Source: the human T2T-CHM13v2.0 reference genome, Homo sapiens. From it: a DNA stretch of 64,000 nt. This document shows, in pieces, positions 27,001-40,806 of the stretch. The stretch is from the NCBI RefSeq assembly GCF_009914755.1, contig NC_060941.1. One strand, given 5' to 3'. The position numbers and the translations under genes were made by a program. Each line of letters starts with the position of its first letter. Position 1 is the first letter of the stretch. Below the pieces are notes generated by a model. That model was given only the letters and a program-made list of their open reading frames with translations, did no database searches and was not told the origin of the DNA.

Positions 27001-27955
27001 CCACTTGGGCCGTGGAAGCTCTCGAGGGTCTTGAGTTCTGATTCAGACCGCCTGGGCTGGCTGGGCAGGCCCTGTCGCTGGCAGCGTAGCTGTGTCCAAG
27101 GAGTCATCTTCTGAGGCTGCAACTGGGCCTGTTCTTCTCTGTCACATTGGATAGTGGGCCTCTGTGCCCAGCCACCACCCCCATCCCCGCCTCTGTGCCC
27201 AGCCACCACTCCCGGCCCCGCAGTGGCCTCGTAGTCCTGGGACCTGTGACTTCCATCCAGCTCCCTGGTGTTTTCGGGAGGCCACCATGCTAACTGCTGT
27301 CAGGCTAGGCAGGGATGGAGCAGAGCTCAGAAAGGGGCCATAGGAGCTGACAGCAGGGGTACCTGGCCTGGGCACGGGGCACTGCTCATCCGTAGCCACT
27401 GGCCACCAGATCTAGACTCCCCCAGAAGAGCCAGGCCTACGGGCAGGTGACTCAGATTCCTCGGGGGCTTTGAACAGTGGGGACTCCCTGGAGGGGAGCG
27501 TTCAGAGTTGGAAGTATTCCAAAGACCTCCTTGAGCATCTCAGAGTTTGCCAAGAGGACCGAGCTGAATCCGTGAAGGCTGAGCTAGCTGGTGGCACTTT
27601 GAGGAGCTCAGGTCTTTGTTCCTTCTCTTTCTTTCCCTTCCCTCTAGAAAAGCAAGTGCTTGCTGGTCGCAGGATAGAGCTAGGCACAATCATCCAAGAC
27701 TCAGTCCAAGCATTTTACCACATGCAGGACGCCTTGCGCCCCTCTCCAGGCTTGCTGGAGGCTAGGAAGTGTCAGGCACCCTCTCTCCCTACCGTTTCCA
27801 TCTCTGGGCTCTGGACCAGGCAGGCCCCACCTCTGTGATTTTCCACCCATGGGTGACTTGATGCTGCAGCTCTGGGCACAGAGGTGGGCATGGTGCAGGG
27901 TGCCTGGGAGAGAAGGTGTCTCAGGCCCTGACCATGCCACCCTTCCTGCCCGCAG

Positions 27956-28109
27956 ACGCTGGTGACATGATCGAGATGCAGGGCTTTGGGCCCAGCCTGC
28001 CAGCCTGGCACCTGGAGCCCCTGTGCAGTCAGGGCTCCTCCTGCCTCTCCTGCTCCTCCAGCAGCTCCCCACATGCAACCCCCAGCCACTGTAGCTGCAT
28101 CCCCGACCG
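27956..28109 (+). CDS. SGSM2: SGSM2 exon 13 ([12 protein letters not shown]...SHCSCIPD)
   Basis: ccgcag|ACGCT ... GACCG|gtgagt, 154 nt. Confidence 0.93.
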
Positions 28110-28204
28110 GTGAGTGGGCAGCGCTCGGCCCCAGCTTCCCGTTAGCGTGTCCAGCCACGTGTGTGTCCGTCTGTCCTTAAAGGCCGTGTCACCTGCACGA
28201 CAGG

Positions 28205-28435
28205 GTGGCCTCTAGAGTGGGACAGATCTGGGTTCAAATTTCACTTTTGCTACCCACGTGACTTACAAATTACGGAATTACCATGAGCCTCTACGTTTCT
28301 GAACCTCAGTTTCCTCATCTGTAAAATGGGGATGATGCCACTTGCTGCCTGCAGTACTTATGAGGACAGAATGAGAGAGAACCCAAGTAAAGGTCCGGAG
28401 TTGTGCCGGCACATCACGGGCTCAGTGCCCGTGAG
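28205..28435 (+). mobile_element. MIR
   Basis: CTGGGTTCAAAT...CCTCAGTTTCCTCATCTGTAAAATGGGGATGATG core. Confidence 0.75.
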
Positions 28436-28883
28436 CTCCCCTTCCCGATGTGCACACAGACCCTGCTGACAGGCCGTCCACCTGAGGACACTCAGCAGCC
28501 ACCTGCCGTGTGCCAGGGCAGTGAGTGAATGGCTTTTATGGGAGGTGTTCTCTTTTACCTTTACTTCATCTTCCGTTTATTAATCCTATTGATCCTCCAC
28601 TGCCTCTCTCCATTTTTCACATGAGGAAAGGAAGATTCACGTAGGTGAAGTTCGTTGACCAAGATCCCTGGGTGGTTGGGGGCCAGGCGGGGGCCCCACA
28701 GCACTCTGTCCAGGTGGCAGGCAGGGACAGGGCACCCACTGACGGCTGCTGGGCTGCGGCTCCTCCTCCTCGCACCCTCCCCAGTGCCTTACCTGCCCCC
28801 CAGGACAGAGCCTCCTCCCTTCTCTCTCTCCTCCCACCAGAGGGGCCGCAGCCCCTCCCTGCTGAGCCCGGTTGTTGCCACAG

Positions 28884-28948
28884 GTTGCCGCTCAGGCTAC
28901 TGTGTGAGAGTATGAAGAGGCAGATCGTGTCCCGGGCCTTCTACGGCT
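28884..28948 (+). CDS. SGSM2: SGSM2 exon 14 ([21 protein letters not shown])
   Basis: ccacag|GTTGCC ... GGCT|gtgagt, 65 nt. Confidence 0.95.
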
Positions 28949-29036
28949 GTGAGTGTGGGGCGCGCCGGGCTGTGGCGGGCTGGGGGCGGGCGGCCCTGGG
29001 TCCCAGCCTCCTGCTGCCCACCGCTGCCCACCGCAG

Positions 29037-29182
29037 GGCTGGCACACTGCCGCCACCTGTCCACGGTGCGGACCCACCTGTCGGCGCTGGTGCACCATAG
29101 CGTTATCCCACCTGACCGGCCCCCGGGGGCCTCGGCGGGCCTCACCAAGGACGTGTGGAGCAAGTATCAGAAGGACAAAAAG
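29037..29182 (+). CDS. SGSM2: SGSM2 exon 15 ([18 protein letters not shown]...KDKK)
   Basis: ccgcag|GGCTG ... AAAAAG|gtgcca, 146 nt. Confidence 0.95.
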
Positions 29183-29646
29183 GTGCCAACCCTGGGGTTC
29201 CAGGGCCACAGGTCGAGGGGCTGGGGCGGGCAGGAGTGAGGGCCTCAGGGTAAAATGTGCCAGTGGGTGCGGTTGACAGGCCAGGGCCGATGCCACGGAG
29301 TGACCAGGGTCCCGGCAGAATCTCTTGCAGCTGGGCCTGGGGCTGACACGGGAAGGGGGCTGGACTGGGAAGCCGTCCTGCCTCCACATCGCCCTGTGAC
29401 CCTGGACAAAGCTTTGCCTCTCTCCGGGCGCCATTTCCTGCCCCTTAAGGAAGGAGAGCAGAACGAGATCTCATCCCACTGTGATCTGGGGCACGGGAGG
29501 ACGTGGCCACCCCAAAGCAGGCCTTGCCTGGGCTTCAGCAGTCACTACAGGCCCCGCCCCAGCCCATTCTCCGTGGGATGGGGCTCACCCAGCTGGGCCA
29601 CGGTGACTGTGGAGGCTGCACAGTCTTGACTCCCCGGGTCCCTCAG

Positions 29647-29775
29647 AACTACAAAGAGCTGGAGCTGCTGCGGCAAGTTTACTACGGAGGCATAGAGCAC
29701 GAGATCCGCAAGGACGTCTGGCCCTTTCTGCTTGGCCACTACAAGTTCGGCATGAGCAAGAAGGAGATGGAGCAG
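29647..29775 (+). CDS. SGSM2: SGSM2 exon 16 (start of TBC domain: [19 protein letters not shown])
   Basis: cctcag|AACTAC ... GAGCAG|gtgagg, 129 nt; TBC motif RxxVWxxLLG. Confidence 0.96.
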
Positions 29776-30024
29776 GTGAGGGGAGCCTGTTCCCATGGGG
29801 CTGATGAGATGGGGAGCTGGGCCAGGGGACGCCAGGGAGGGGACCTTGGAAGCCTCAGCCCCTTCCCAGCCGGAAAGAAGCATGGCAGGGCAGCTCCACC
29901 GTCCTTACCCTGAGGCCCGTCTTGAGTCTGAGACTCAGGACCCAAGGTCCAGTGCAGGCCCAGCTCCTGAAGGGGAGGGCCTGGTGCACGCTTCCCCCAT
30001 GGTCGTGGTGTGGTCTGAGTACAG

Positions 30025-30207
30025 GTGGACGCAGTGGTGGCAGCAAGGTACCAGCAGGTGTTGGCAGAGTGGAAGGCCTGCGAGGTGGTGGTGAGGCAGC
30101 GGGAGCGGGAGGCCCACCCAGCCACACGCACCAAGTTCTCCTCAGGCAGCAGCATCGACAGCCACGTGCAGCGCCTCATCCACCGAGACTCCACCATCAG
30201 CAACGAT
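30025..30207 (+). CDS. SGSM2: SGSM2 exon 17 ([20 protein letters not shown]...STISND)
   Basis: gtacag|GTGGAC ... AACGAT|gtgagc, 183 nt. Confidence 0.93.
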
Positions 30208-30979
30208 GTGAGCCAGACGGGACCTGGAGGGTTGGGGGTCTCGGGGGCCACCCGCGTTTTATGCACAGTGGTCCTGAGCACCAGCCTGACCTCTGGGAAC
30301 TGGTGGGGCCCTGCGAGAAAGGCCTAAGGTGCCTGTGTCTCATTTTCTCCAACTGGAAATGGCTAACTGTGCCTCTGCTGCCTACTTCTCTGGGTATTGT
30401 AGGAATAAAGTGAGAGAGTGCATTGTGCTCAGTTTTAGCCAACTATAGGGAAAGATGGACTTACTGGGATTTAGGGAAGCCCTCCTCCTTGTAGAAAGAC
30501 CTCAAAGCTAGCAACAGGCAGCGCTGGGTTCTAGTCCCAGATCCACTACTGACAAGCTGAATGTCTCTGGGCAAGCACTTCCCGTCTCTGGGTCTCAGTT
30601 TCCCCTCTCCACCCATATCCTCTGACTGCAGAGGCTTCCTGAGATCTGTGGGCCTGAGAATAGGGGAGCCCGTAGAGCAGCCCCATTGGTGTCGACTGGC
30701 GAGATCCTTCCTCCCCGCGATGTTGCCTGTCACTGTACAGAACTGACTATGGCAGGCTTGTTCGGAGCACGGGAGGGTAGCTCTTTCTGGCATCACTCCT
30801 GCCTTTTGAACAGCAAGTTCTAAACTGTGACTGCCTGGCCCAACCAACACTGATAAGTTTCAATTTTAAGGACGCTTTATTAATTTTTCTTTAAAATTGC
30901 CTCTTTAGATAATGTGTATTCTTGTTACTTTACTAAATCCTTACCAACATTAACAGAAAATGTAAGTTGAAGTAAGTTA

Positions 30980-31298
<319 letters not shown>

Positions 31299-32185
31299 GA
31301 ACAAACAAGGCACATTGTCATTTCCCACGTGCTTTGTTCTTAATCCCCTATCCAGGAACACATTCTCCCTCTCTCTGGCTTTGGGTTTTGTAAAAATCTG
31401 TCTGTGCCAGTGCCCAGCTGCTGAGCTCATGGACAGCAGTAGCTCCTCGCTGGCGTATTAGATGGCCACAGAACCGTGGCCTTACCCAGCACTTCATGCT
31501 TCCTGCCCAAAGTAGAAACTACTTTTAGCATTGCTTTCCCTACGTGGTGAAAACAGAGAGAGAAAAATCCCAAACAGTCTCTGTATGTGTCTCTTCTTTT
31601 CCTCGTGCCTTGTCCATGGTGGTGGACTGTATCTAGGAGGCAGAATGTTTGCTTTTCCTTCCTACATCTCCCCACCTTGCCTGAGGGCTAATGGAACTGA
31701 CTAGGTGCTTGCTACAGAACGTTCCTGTCTTGTCCTGCTGAACACTCAGTACTGAAAATAAGGCAAAACTTGTTTTTCCTAAAACCTCTAGCCTTCTCTC
31801 CACCCAGCCACACCAAAACACTAAGGCCATTCTCCCGGTCTCATGACTTCAGGCGTTTCTAGAATGAGACTGAGTTCAAACTGGCCATTGAGCGTTCAGC
31901 CCCCTGGCTCCCCTACTTCCCTTCAGTAGCCACAGGAAGACCTGGGGCTGTTCCCTTAAGCAGGGCTGAAGACGTGTCTTCATGTTTGGCCAGAGGCTTG
32001 TTTCTCTCTGCCTGGCTGGCTGGGTCAGAAGCTGGCTTGGTGCTCCGTGGCCACAGTGTTGGAGGCTGTGGTGGGAGAGGGGGTTTGAAGAGTTTTGCAT
32101 TCCAGCTCCCTTCTGGCCCGAGGAGGCGGTGGGCTGCGGGAAGGTGCTGGAGTGCAGGTGGAGCCGCCCTGTGTTCACCCCCCAG

Positions 32186-32569
32186 GTGTTTATCTCAGTG
32201 GATGATCTGGAACCCCCGGAGCCCCAGGACCCTGAAGATTCCAGACCAAAACCTGAGCAGGAAGCAGGACCCGGGACTCCGGGCACCGCCGTGGTGGAGC
32301 AGCAGCATTCCGTGGAGTTCGACTCTCCAGACTCAGGACTGCCCTCCTCTCGCAATTACTCCGTGGCCTCGGGCATCCAGTCAAGCCTAGATGAGGGGCA
32401 GAGCGTGGGCTTCGAAGAGGAGGACGGCGGTGGGGAGGAAGGCTCCAGTGGGCCCGGCCCTGCAGCTCACACTTTGAGGGAGCCCCAGGATCCCAGCCAG
32501 GAGAAGCCTCAGGCCGGAGAACTGGAGGCCGGAGAGGAGCTTGCGGCTGTGTGTGCGGCTGCCTACACT
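32186..32569 (+). CDS. SGSM2: SGSM2 exon 18 (acidic insertion within the TBC domain)
   Basis: ccccag|GTGTTT ... TACACT|gtgcgt, 384 nt. Confidence 0.93.
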
Positions 32570-32830
32570 GTGCGTACATGCTCCCCAGGCTGTTCCCAGC
32601 CGCCCCAGAGGCCCTCCTGACATCCCAGAGCTGGGGAAGCGCTGGTGGGGTGGAAGGCGGGGCGCCCTGACTGCCCTGGAAGGGAGTTCTGAGCCCATTT
32701 CTCAGCATCCCCACAGGACTCGCTCTGGTCTCTGGGTTCCGTTTTGCTGCATTTCTTGGGGCGTCACCTCCTGCCCCCAGCCTGGGAAGGGCTGCCCGGT
32801 CTCATGCCTGAGGGCCCTCCACTCTTCCAG

Positions 32831-32955
32831 ATAGAATTACTGGACACTGTGGCCTTAAACCTGCACCGCATAGACAAGGATGTGCAGAGGTGTGACCGCA
32901 ACTACTGGTACTTCACGCCCCCCAACCTCGAGAGGCTCAGAGACGTCATGTGCAG
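32831..32955 (+). CDS. SGSM2: SGSM2 exon 19 (TBC arginine finger [10 protein letters not shown])
   Basis: ttccag|ATAGAA ... TGCAG|gtgcct, 125 nt; IxxDxxR motif. Confidence 0.96.
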
Positions 32956-33426
32956 GTGCCTTGTGGGGCGGGGCTCAGGGTGGGAGGCGGGACCCTGCCG
33001 CCAGTTACTCTGTGAAGATGAGGTCCGGAAGGTGCCCTGCTCCTCTCTCCTGCTCCTGAATCACACTTGGCTCCCCCTGCCTGGAACGCTTTTTTCCTGC
33101 ACACCCCTCCCCCGCGCCTCTTCATTCTTAGGGGCCTACCAGACCTCCACTTCAGCCACACCTCTTCAGGAAGCTTTCCCTCATCCCCGCACCCCCGCCC
33201 CACATACCAAGCGTGACGGCCTTGGCTCTCCCTAAGTCGGAGTGCCTTGGGGGGGACCCGTGGGTTGTTCCCCGTTGTCTCCCTGTGGGGGGTGCACAGT
33301 ACATGCCTTAGGGTCGTGGAAAGGCTGACTTCTGGGCGGCAGGTGGCTCTGGAGGACGTCTTCCCAGGGATCCCGAGGGAGGGAAGAATGGGGCACAGCC
33401 ACAGTGACTCTCCCCCTGCCTTTCAG

Positions 33427-33509
33427 CTACGTGTGGGAGCACCTGGACGTGGGCTATGTGCAGGGCATGTGCGATCTGCTGGCGCCTCTCCTGGTCACCC
33501 TCGACAATG
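33427..33509 (+). CDS. SGSM2: SGSM2 exon 20 (TBC glutamine finger [13 protein letters not shown])
   Basis: tttcag|CTACG ... AATG|gtgagg, 83 nt; YxQ motif. Confidence 0.96.
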
Positions 33510-33652
33510 GTGAGGGATGGCGGGACATGGGACTGGGCTGCGTAAGCTGGAGAAAGGACGAGAGGGTGGCCAGGTCTGGAGGGGTGGGAATGGGAGCCGG
33601 CTCTGTCCCCTGCGTCTCCTGCCCTGCCAGCTTCACTCCTGTCTCCCCTCAG

Positions 33653-33762
33653 ATCAGCTGGCCTACAGCTGCTTCAGCCACCTCATGAAGAGGATGAGCC
33701 AGAACTTCCCCAACGGGGGTGCCATGGACACCCACTTTGCCAACATGCGCTCCCTCATCCAG
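33653..33762 (+). CDS. SGSM2: SGSM2 exon 21 ([14 protein letters not shown]...MRSLIQ)
   Basis: cctcag|ATCAG ... ATCCAG|gtgagg, 110 nt. Confidence 0.95.
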
Positions 33763-33897
33763 GTGAGGCCGGTTGCCACCCATGGGCATGGGAGCAGGCA
33801 GTGCTGGGCTGGTCCATCGTCCACATGGCTAGGGAGCATTCCACAAACATACTTGACATAGAAACTTAACTTCTTTCATTTTAAAAGACATGGTTTC

Positions 33898-34290
<393 letters not shown>

Positions 34291-34549
34291 TCAGACACCC
34301 AGAAAATCCTATAACCCTAAAAATAATGCAGCCCAGAGAGATGGGTGATGGGAGGGGCAGCAGGAGCAACCCACCCTCCACAAGGAGATCCGAGGGGGAG
34401 AGAGTGCACCGCGCAGCACAGGGCAACAGACAGACCCACTGCCAGGTTGGGGATCGCCTGCATCCCTGGGCGTGAGCGGACGGTGAGTGGCGGCCAGAGG
34501 CAGCATCGGCTCAGGGCTCAGCCTCTCTCCCTTTTCCCACCCACATAAG

Positions 34550-34646
34550 ATCCTGGACTCAGAGCTGTTTGAGCTGATGCATCAGAATGGAGACTACACC
34601 CACTTCTACTTCTGTTATCGCTGGTTCCTGCTGGATTTTAAGAGAG
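34550..34646 (+). CDS. SGSM2: SGSM2 exon 22 ([32 protein letters not shown])
   Basis: cataag|ATCCTG (uncommon AAG acceptor) ... AGAG|gtaaga, 97 nt. Confidence 0.94.
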
Positions 34647-34842
34647 GTAAGAAGTGGGTTGGATCATGGGGCTGAGGTCAGGGACAGTGAGAGATCCCTC
34701 TTCCCCCAAGCCAACAGTTCTCAATCCTAACTGGACCTTGGAACCACCTGGGGAGCTTTAAAACCTGCCAGAACCCTGGCCCCACCCAGCCCAGACTCAT
34801 GAACTGTGGCTGCCTGGGCCTATGGGTTCTTAAATGCTCGCT

Positions 34843-35270
34843 GACCAGACACAGTGGCTCACGCCTGTAAACCCAGCACTTTGGGAAGTCAAGGTGAGAG
34901 GATCGCTTGCACCCAGGATCTTGAGACTAGCCTGGGCAACATAGCGAGACCCTGTCTTTAATTTTTAAAAAAGAAAGAAAAAATGAGGCTGGGTGCGGTG
35001 GCTCATGCCTGTAATCCCAGCACTTTGGGAGGCCAAGGCAAGCAAATCACTTGAGGTCAGGGGTTTGAGGCCAGCCTGGCCAACATGGTGAAACTCCGTC
35101 TCTACTAAAAATACAAAAATCAGCCGGGCATGGTGGCGGGTGCCTGTAGTGGAGGCAAGGTTATGGTGAGCTGAGATTGTGCCACTGCACTCCAGCCTGG
35201 GCAACAGAGCCAGACTGTGTCTCAAAAAAAAAAAAAGAAAAGAAAAGAAAAAATTGAAAAGAAAACAAAA
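34843..35270 (+). mobile_element. Alu monomer plus internally deleted Alu, inserted in a MER5-like remnant (~34715-35320)
   Basis: Alu consensus; flanks resemble MER5 (hAT-Charlie) ends. Confidence 0.75.
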
Positions 35271-35596
35271 TTTCCATAGGTGATTCCGAAGTGCCACTAG
35301 GGTTGACAGTTACAACTCTCATAGATCATAGTTTGGGGAACTTTTTTCAAACCAAAGCATTCCTGAGCACCAAGATGGGAGGCCTGTGACAGCTGCCCGG
35401 CTGAAGTGCAGGCAGAGTCTGCAGGAACCCAGTGTGCAGAAATTACCCAAGAAAAGGATGGGGCCTTGGTACGGGGTACAGAACCCCCATTCCTGAGCCA
35501 GGCTCTGTGTCATGGAGAGAATCCCACGACTTTGGCCCCTGAAGCTCTGATCCCTCACCTGGCTCCATTTAGAGGCCTGTGAGCAGCCAGTCCGGC

Positions 35597-35683
35597 CAGC
35601 ATCAGCCCCAGCCCCAGCCTCAGCCTCAGCCTCAGCCCCAGCCTCAATCCCAGCCTCAGCCTCAATCCCAGCCTCAGCCCCAG
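35597..35683 (+). repeat. Imperfect hexamer repeat (CAGCCT/CAGCCC/CAATCC) x~14
   Basis: Visible tandem array ~45 nt upstream of the exon 23 acceptor. Confidence 0.9.
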
Positions 35684-35728
35684 ATATGCGGCTAGGACGG
35701 GTGAGCAGCAGCCGCTTACTCTCCGCAG

Positions 35729-35896
35729 AACTGCTGTATGAGGATGTGTTTGCTGTGTGGGAGGTGATCTGGGCAGCCAGGCACATCTCATCGGAGCACT
35801 TTGTCCTGTTCATCGCCCTCGCCCTGGTGGAGGCCTACCGAGAGATCATCCGTGACAACAACATGGACTTCACTGACATCATCAAGTTTTTCAATG
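35729..35896 (+). CDS. SGSM2: SGSM2 exon 23 ([14 protein letters not shown]...DIIKFFN)
   Basis: ccgcag|AACTG ... CAATG|gtacga, 168 nt. Confidence 0.95.
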
Positions 35897-36124
35897 GTAC
35901 GAGCTGGTCCAGCCATCCAGGCTGCCCTGAGCAGAGGTGTGGAGGCCCCCACCTCTGCCCCGCACACAGCTGGAGGGTTCTCAGGAATCCTGGGGGCCCT
36001 TCCCCAAAGGCCGGGATGTCAAGAATCTAGCAGAGCAGATGGAAACAGAGCAGGGTAGTCAGCCACCTCCTAGCCTGCTGCCCTTTCTCTGGGCCTCTCT
36101 ACAGCTCTTCACGTTTCCCCCCAG

Positions 36125-36213
36125 AACGTGCTGAGCATCACGATGCCCAGGAGATCCTGCGGATTGCCCGGGACCTCGTCCACAAGGTGCAGATGCTCAT
36201 AGAGAACAAGTGA
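36125..36213 (+). CDS. SGSM2: SGSM2 exon 24 coding part ([28 protein letters not shown])
   Basis: ccccag|AACGT ... AAG TGA. Confidence 0.95.
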
Positions 36214-37726
36214 GCTGGGGCCAGGAGGCAGCAGCCGTGCAGAGCCTGGGCTCCGGCAGGGAGAGGTGCAGGGGAGTCACCGCCCAGACCTCCCCAGCCA
36301 CCAACCGACCCCACCTCTGTTCCTAACAAAGCGGTTGTGAGCCTGGATCCGACTCCCGGCAGTGCTGACCCTGCAGGGCAAGTCAGGGGCCAGGATGCCC
36401 TCGGATCAGGGCCGGGATGGGAGGGGTCAGCCTCAGGGAGCAGCTGCCTTGGGGGACACACCTACTCTGCTCCCCTCTCACACATCTGGGAGTAGCCCCA
36501 CTGCCACCTGCAGCCGCAGCCTGGACTGCTGCCCACGAGTGAACCTGGGGCCCCACAGGATTAACAGGGGCTATAGCGGCCTGGGCCCTACTCAGCTGGG
36601 GTGGCAGAGGGCGAGAGGCTCTGTGCTGTGTCCCTTCTGAGGGTCCCTTTGCAGTCCCAGTATATTGTGCGTGCACCAGCCCCAGCTGGAGCAACCAAAA
36701 CTGCTTCTGGTTTAGGCACACGTCACGGGTGCGGGAGACCCGGGCACGGGAGACCCGGGCCGCCTTCAGGCCGCTCCCCCGAGATTCTGGGGCAGTCGGA
36801 AGATGTGGGCCCTGGGTGGGAGCAGCCCACTTCAGCAGCACTGCCACTGCCTTTGGCCACCTGAGGTGACCCCCAGGCCTCCCCGGCCTTGTACAGTGTA
36901 CCTCTGTGTATCTGTACAGCCTTGCTCCTGCCACCCCACCCTTGCGTTCTGCATTAGGTACTTCCCTGAAAACCACGTGTAAGAAGTGATGCTTTTGCCA
37001 GTGGATGATCTGGAATGCGACCGGAGCACTTGCTCTGAGGAATCCCAGGGTGACTCTGTCGGGGAAGAATCCGGTCACAGCCTCCCCTCAGAGACAGGCC
37101 TCAGTTCGAGGGCAGCCCATTATCTGTCGCAGACATCTGCCATGTCCCTGAGACTGCGGGAGGCAGGGGATGCATGGGTGTCCCCATCTGTCCCTGGTGA
37201 GAAGCAAGGCTAGCTCTGCCTTCCACATGCTTCTCAGGATGCCAAGAGGCCTAGGAACCCAGAAACCCCCTTGGAGGAGCTGTGTATGCGGGGGTGCCAG
37301 GAAGGGCATAGCTCCTGCCCCCAGGCCTAGGCATGCTGCTTGCTCGGCCATCCCCACTTCCTCCTCTACCCCAACACATGCAGGCTAGGCCTTGCCCTGG
37401 AACGTGGAGGCCCTGCCCGGGGCTGGGGCCTAGTCCAGCAGCCACCAAAGTCTGGCAGACTTTCTGCATTTGAGAAACATGACAAAGGGCCCCGCAGCCC
37501 TTCTGCACCCAGCACAGCCTGCCCAGCCCAGCCCTGCCCCCGGGCACTGCACAGCCTGTCTGGGGGCCAGACCACCCCATTGTCCATCCTTGTTGTCCGT
37601 GAGTCCTTGGCCTCCACCAAGCACGTGTGGCCATTGTGTGCCTGCCTTAGTGACTCCGTGGTTTTGTGAGGAGCAGAGTGTGTATGATTTTTGCCTCAGA
37701 AACTATACTCTTCTGTGTAACAGACC

Positions 37727-37732
37727 AATAAA
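37727..37732 (+). terminator. SGSM2: SGSM2 poly(A) signal AATAAA (3'UTR ~36214-37750)
   Basis: First canonical AATAAA I found after the stop codon; U-rich/TGTA elements just upstream. Confidence 0.85.
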
Positions 37733-38400
37733 CAACATTTGTCAACACTGGAGCCTCTGGGACTGGACACTGAGAGACCACGTGCCTTCTTTAAGCTCCA
37801 CAGTCGGCCAGCCCCAAAAGGCGAGGACGGCAAAAAACTAAAGTTTCCAAGAGAGGTACTCCAGCCGCCAGTCTGGAGGGTGTGGGCTGGTCAGGAAGTC
37901 AGGGTGATTTGATAGCCAAACCTCAAGTACTCAGCGCCCTTGAGGGGACCTCACCCCAGAGTCATGGCCCCATCTCACGATGACCAGTGGCCCCTCTAGC
38001 CTGTGGATGAGAGAAGGTCCCTGTCCCATCCCTACCCCCTGCCTGCCCTACTGACCAGGCTGCAATGAGAAGCTGGAGCTTGACTATGCCACTGCAGCTG
38101 ATGGCAACGGAGCTGCCCCTGTGGGTGTGGCTCTCACCCCGAGCACTGTCTGAGAGGCCGGAGGGGAGTGTCAGGAGGAGTCAGACCCTGCTGAGCTATA
38201 GACAGGCCCAGCTGTAACGGGTCTGCACCTCTCTTCCTGCCCTTCCCCAACCCGAGTGCTACTGGTCCCATCGTCGATGGCTCCAGGGAGAAGACACCAG
38301 TCACACAACATGTCTTCTACCCTAGAGGACACTGGCTTCCTGGACATTAGGGCCTGTTTTCCACTCACTCAAAGCTGAAGACCCCAGCCCATGGTCCTAG

Positions 38401-38722
<322 letters not shown>

Positions 38723-39523
38723 CTGAACCCAGCTTTTAGGAAAGAGTGCAAACTAGTGGCCAGAGCTACCCAAAGAAACCAGTTGGTGCAGAGAGAGCTC
38801 TGGGGCCAGGGAACTTGATGAGCCCTTCAGGGGAACACCCCCGACCCGCCAGCCGACTCTGTTGCCTGGAGGAGTCAGAATTCCTTTGCTGTGACCACCT
38901 AAAGGAAATTTCACCTAGCCTGGGAGTAACCCTTCACACACTTCCGTCCTGCCCTACTCCCCCTGACTACTGGACTGGGATCCTGGGACCAGAGGGGATC
39001 CCACAGCTTTTCAAAATGATGGGACAGCTGGGGCGGGAAGAGCAAGCAGCACAGTGGGCTCTCCAAACACCATCTCAAGGAACCTTTGCAATCTGGAAAG
39101 TCAGGTCTTCCTCTTACAGAGCAGGAGCTGGTAAATGGAAGCACCTGGATTCATACTTTATCCTGACCACAGGCCCCTTTCTTATAAGCTCCAGCTGAGC
39201 CATGGGTGAGTGAGAACTGTGGGTGAGGGGGAGCTTTGAGTACAGCTTCTGCCTAAAGATTTAGTGACAGCCCTCAGATGACAGCCAAGTTATCACTGCC
39301 TGGGGAGGGTCTTCATCTGTGTTCCCAGTGGGCACAGGGCCTGGCACTGAGCATGCACCCAGGAAGGGTTAACCCTCACCCTATCCCTTCCCTAAAGCGT
39401 CGCTTAGTGAGCTAATGGAAGTGACCCAGCTCTTCCAGGAGCTACCAGCAGAGGGAGCCCGCGTCTCACAAGTAAAAAGGGCAGGCTCAGTAGGGAGGGC
39501 TGGATTCCGAACTTTCATTTTAA

Positions 39524-39822
<299 letters not shown>

Positions 39823-40782
39823 TGAACTTTTTGAAGTCAACTCTTCTCTTTCAGAAAACAGGACCCAAGACAGCACTCCCTTCCTCAAGGATAACCCCTA
39901 CCCACCCCACCTCAGGAAGAGACGCAGAGTCAGTCTCCCCTGTGGGGACTGGGAGTCAGTCAGGTACTGTCAGGGTGGAAATGAGAAGCTGGGCCCCCTT
40001 GCCCAGCCTGGTCTCCAGCAAGGCCTAGCTAGTGGCTCCCTGACCTCACTTCCCACACCACCTCCTCCCATGACAGCCTGCCCAGGGAGAGAAGACACAG
40101 CCACAGGGACAAGGGGCTTCCAGCCCAGCTGAGAACACGGCTCTTTGCCCCTGACCTCCAGCCTCTTCTTCCCCTTGTTCCTTTCCCTTAGAGGACAGCT
40201 TTATGGACTCCCCGGCTGACCTGTTGTAACTGCACCCCCAGAGCAGCCCCTCAGGAAGCTCTCACCCTCTGTGCCCAATCCCTGGGGCAACTCCCCTGTA
40301 CCTTTTTTATTGGATCCGAGTCTAGGACTGGCCCCAGGTGCCACAAGGGTGGCAGATGCTGGGTAAGAACTCTGTACCCAGTTCAGAGGTCTGACTGCAG
40401 CTCCAACGAAGTCTCCAGCTAGCCGTGTGGCCTCAACAAGTCACTGGGCCACCTCAATCCTGTTTCCTTATCTGCCAAAATGGGGCTAAGTCTGGCTTAT
40501 TTACTTCACTTGGCTGTTGAAAGATGAAACAAGATAATGCTTGTAAAATGGTCTGAGGAAATACGAAGCTTTGCAAAAGTTTCAGACCGACCAGAACTGC
40601 CATTTTCAGAGCGGCGGAGGCACCGGGTCAGAGCCGCTTGAGGACTATGCTGGGCAGACAGGGTCGAGACAGGTGATCTCACCGCTCCTGCCACATGCTT
40701 CCCTACAGGCCTCAGCCTCCTTTTGCAATAAAATGACCCAGATGCTGCAGGCTGGCAGCTCCATCTCAGGTTTCAGTGCAGG

Positions 40783-40806
40783 TTTATTTCAGTTTTATAT
40801 TTTATT
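40783..40806 (-). terminator. MNT: MNT distal poly(A) signals (two AATAAA)
   Basis: TTTATT on + at 40783-40788 and 40801-40806, at the end of an AU-rich terminal 3'UTR block. Confidence 0.85.

Noticed and set aside
27158-27221. 31-bp tandem duplication; similar small duplications at 36732-36760 and 52392-52433
   Set aside because: Ordinary two-copy slippage events with no evident functional motif.
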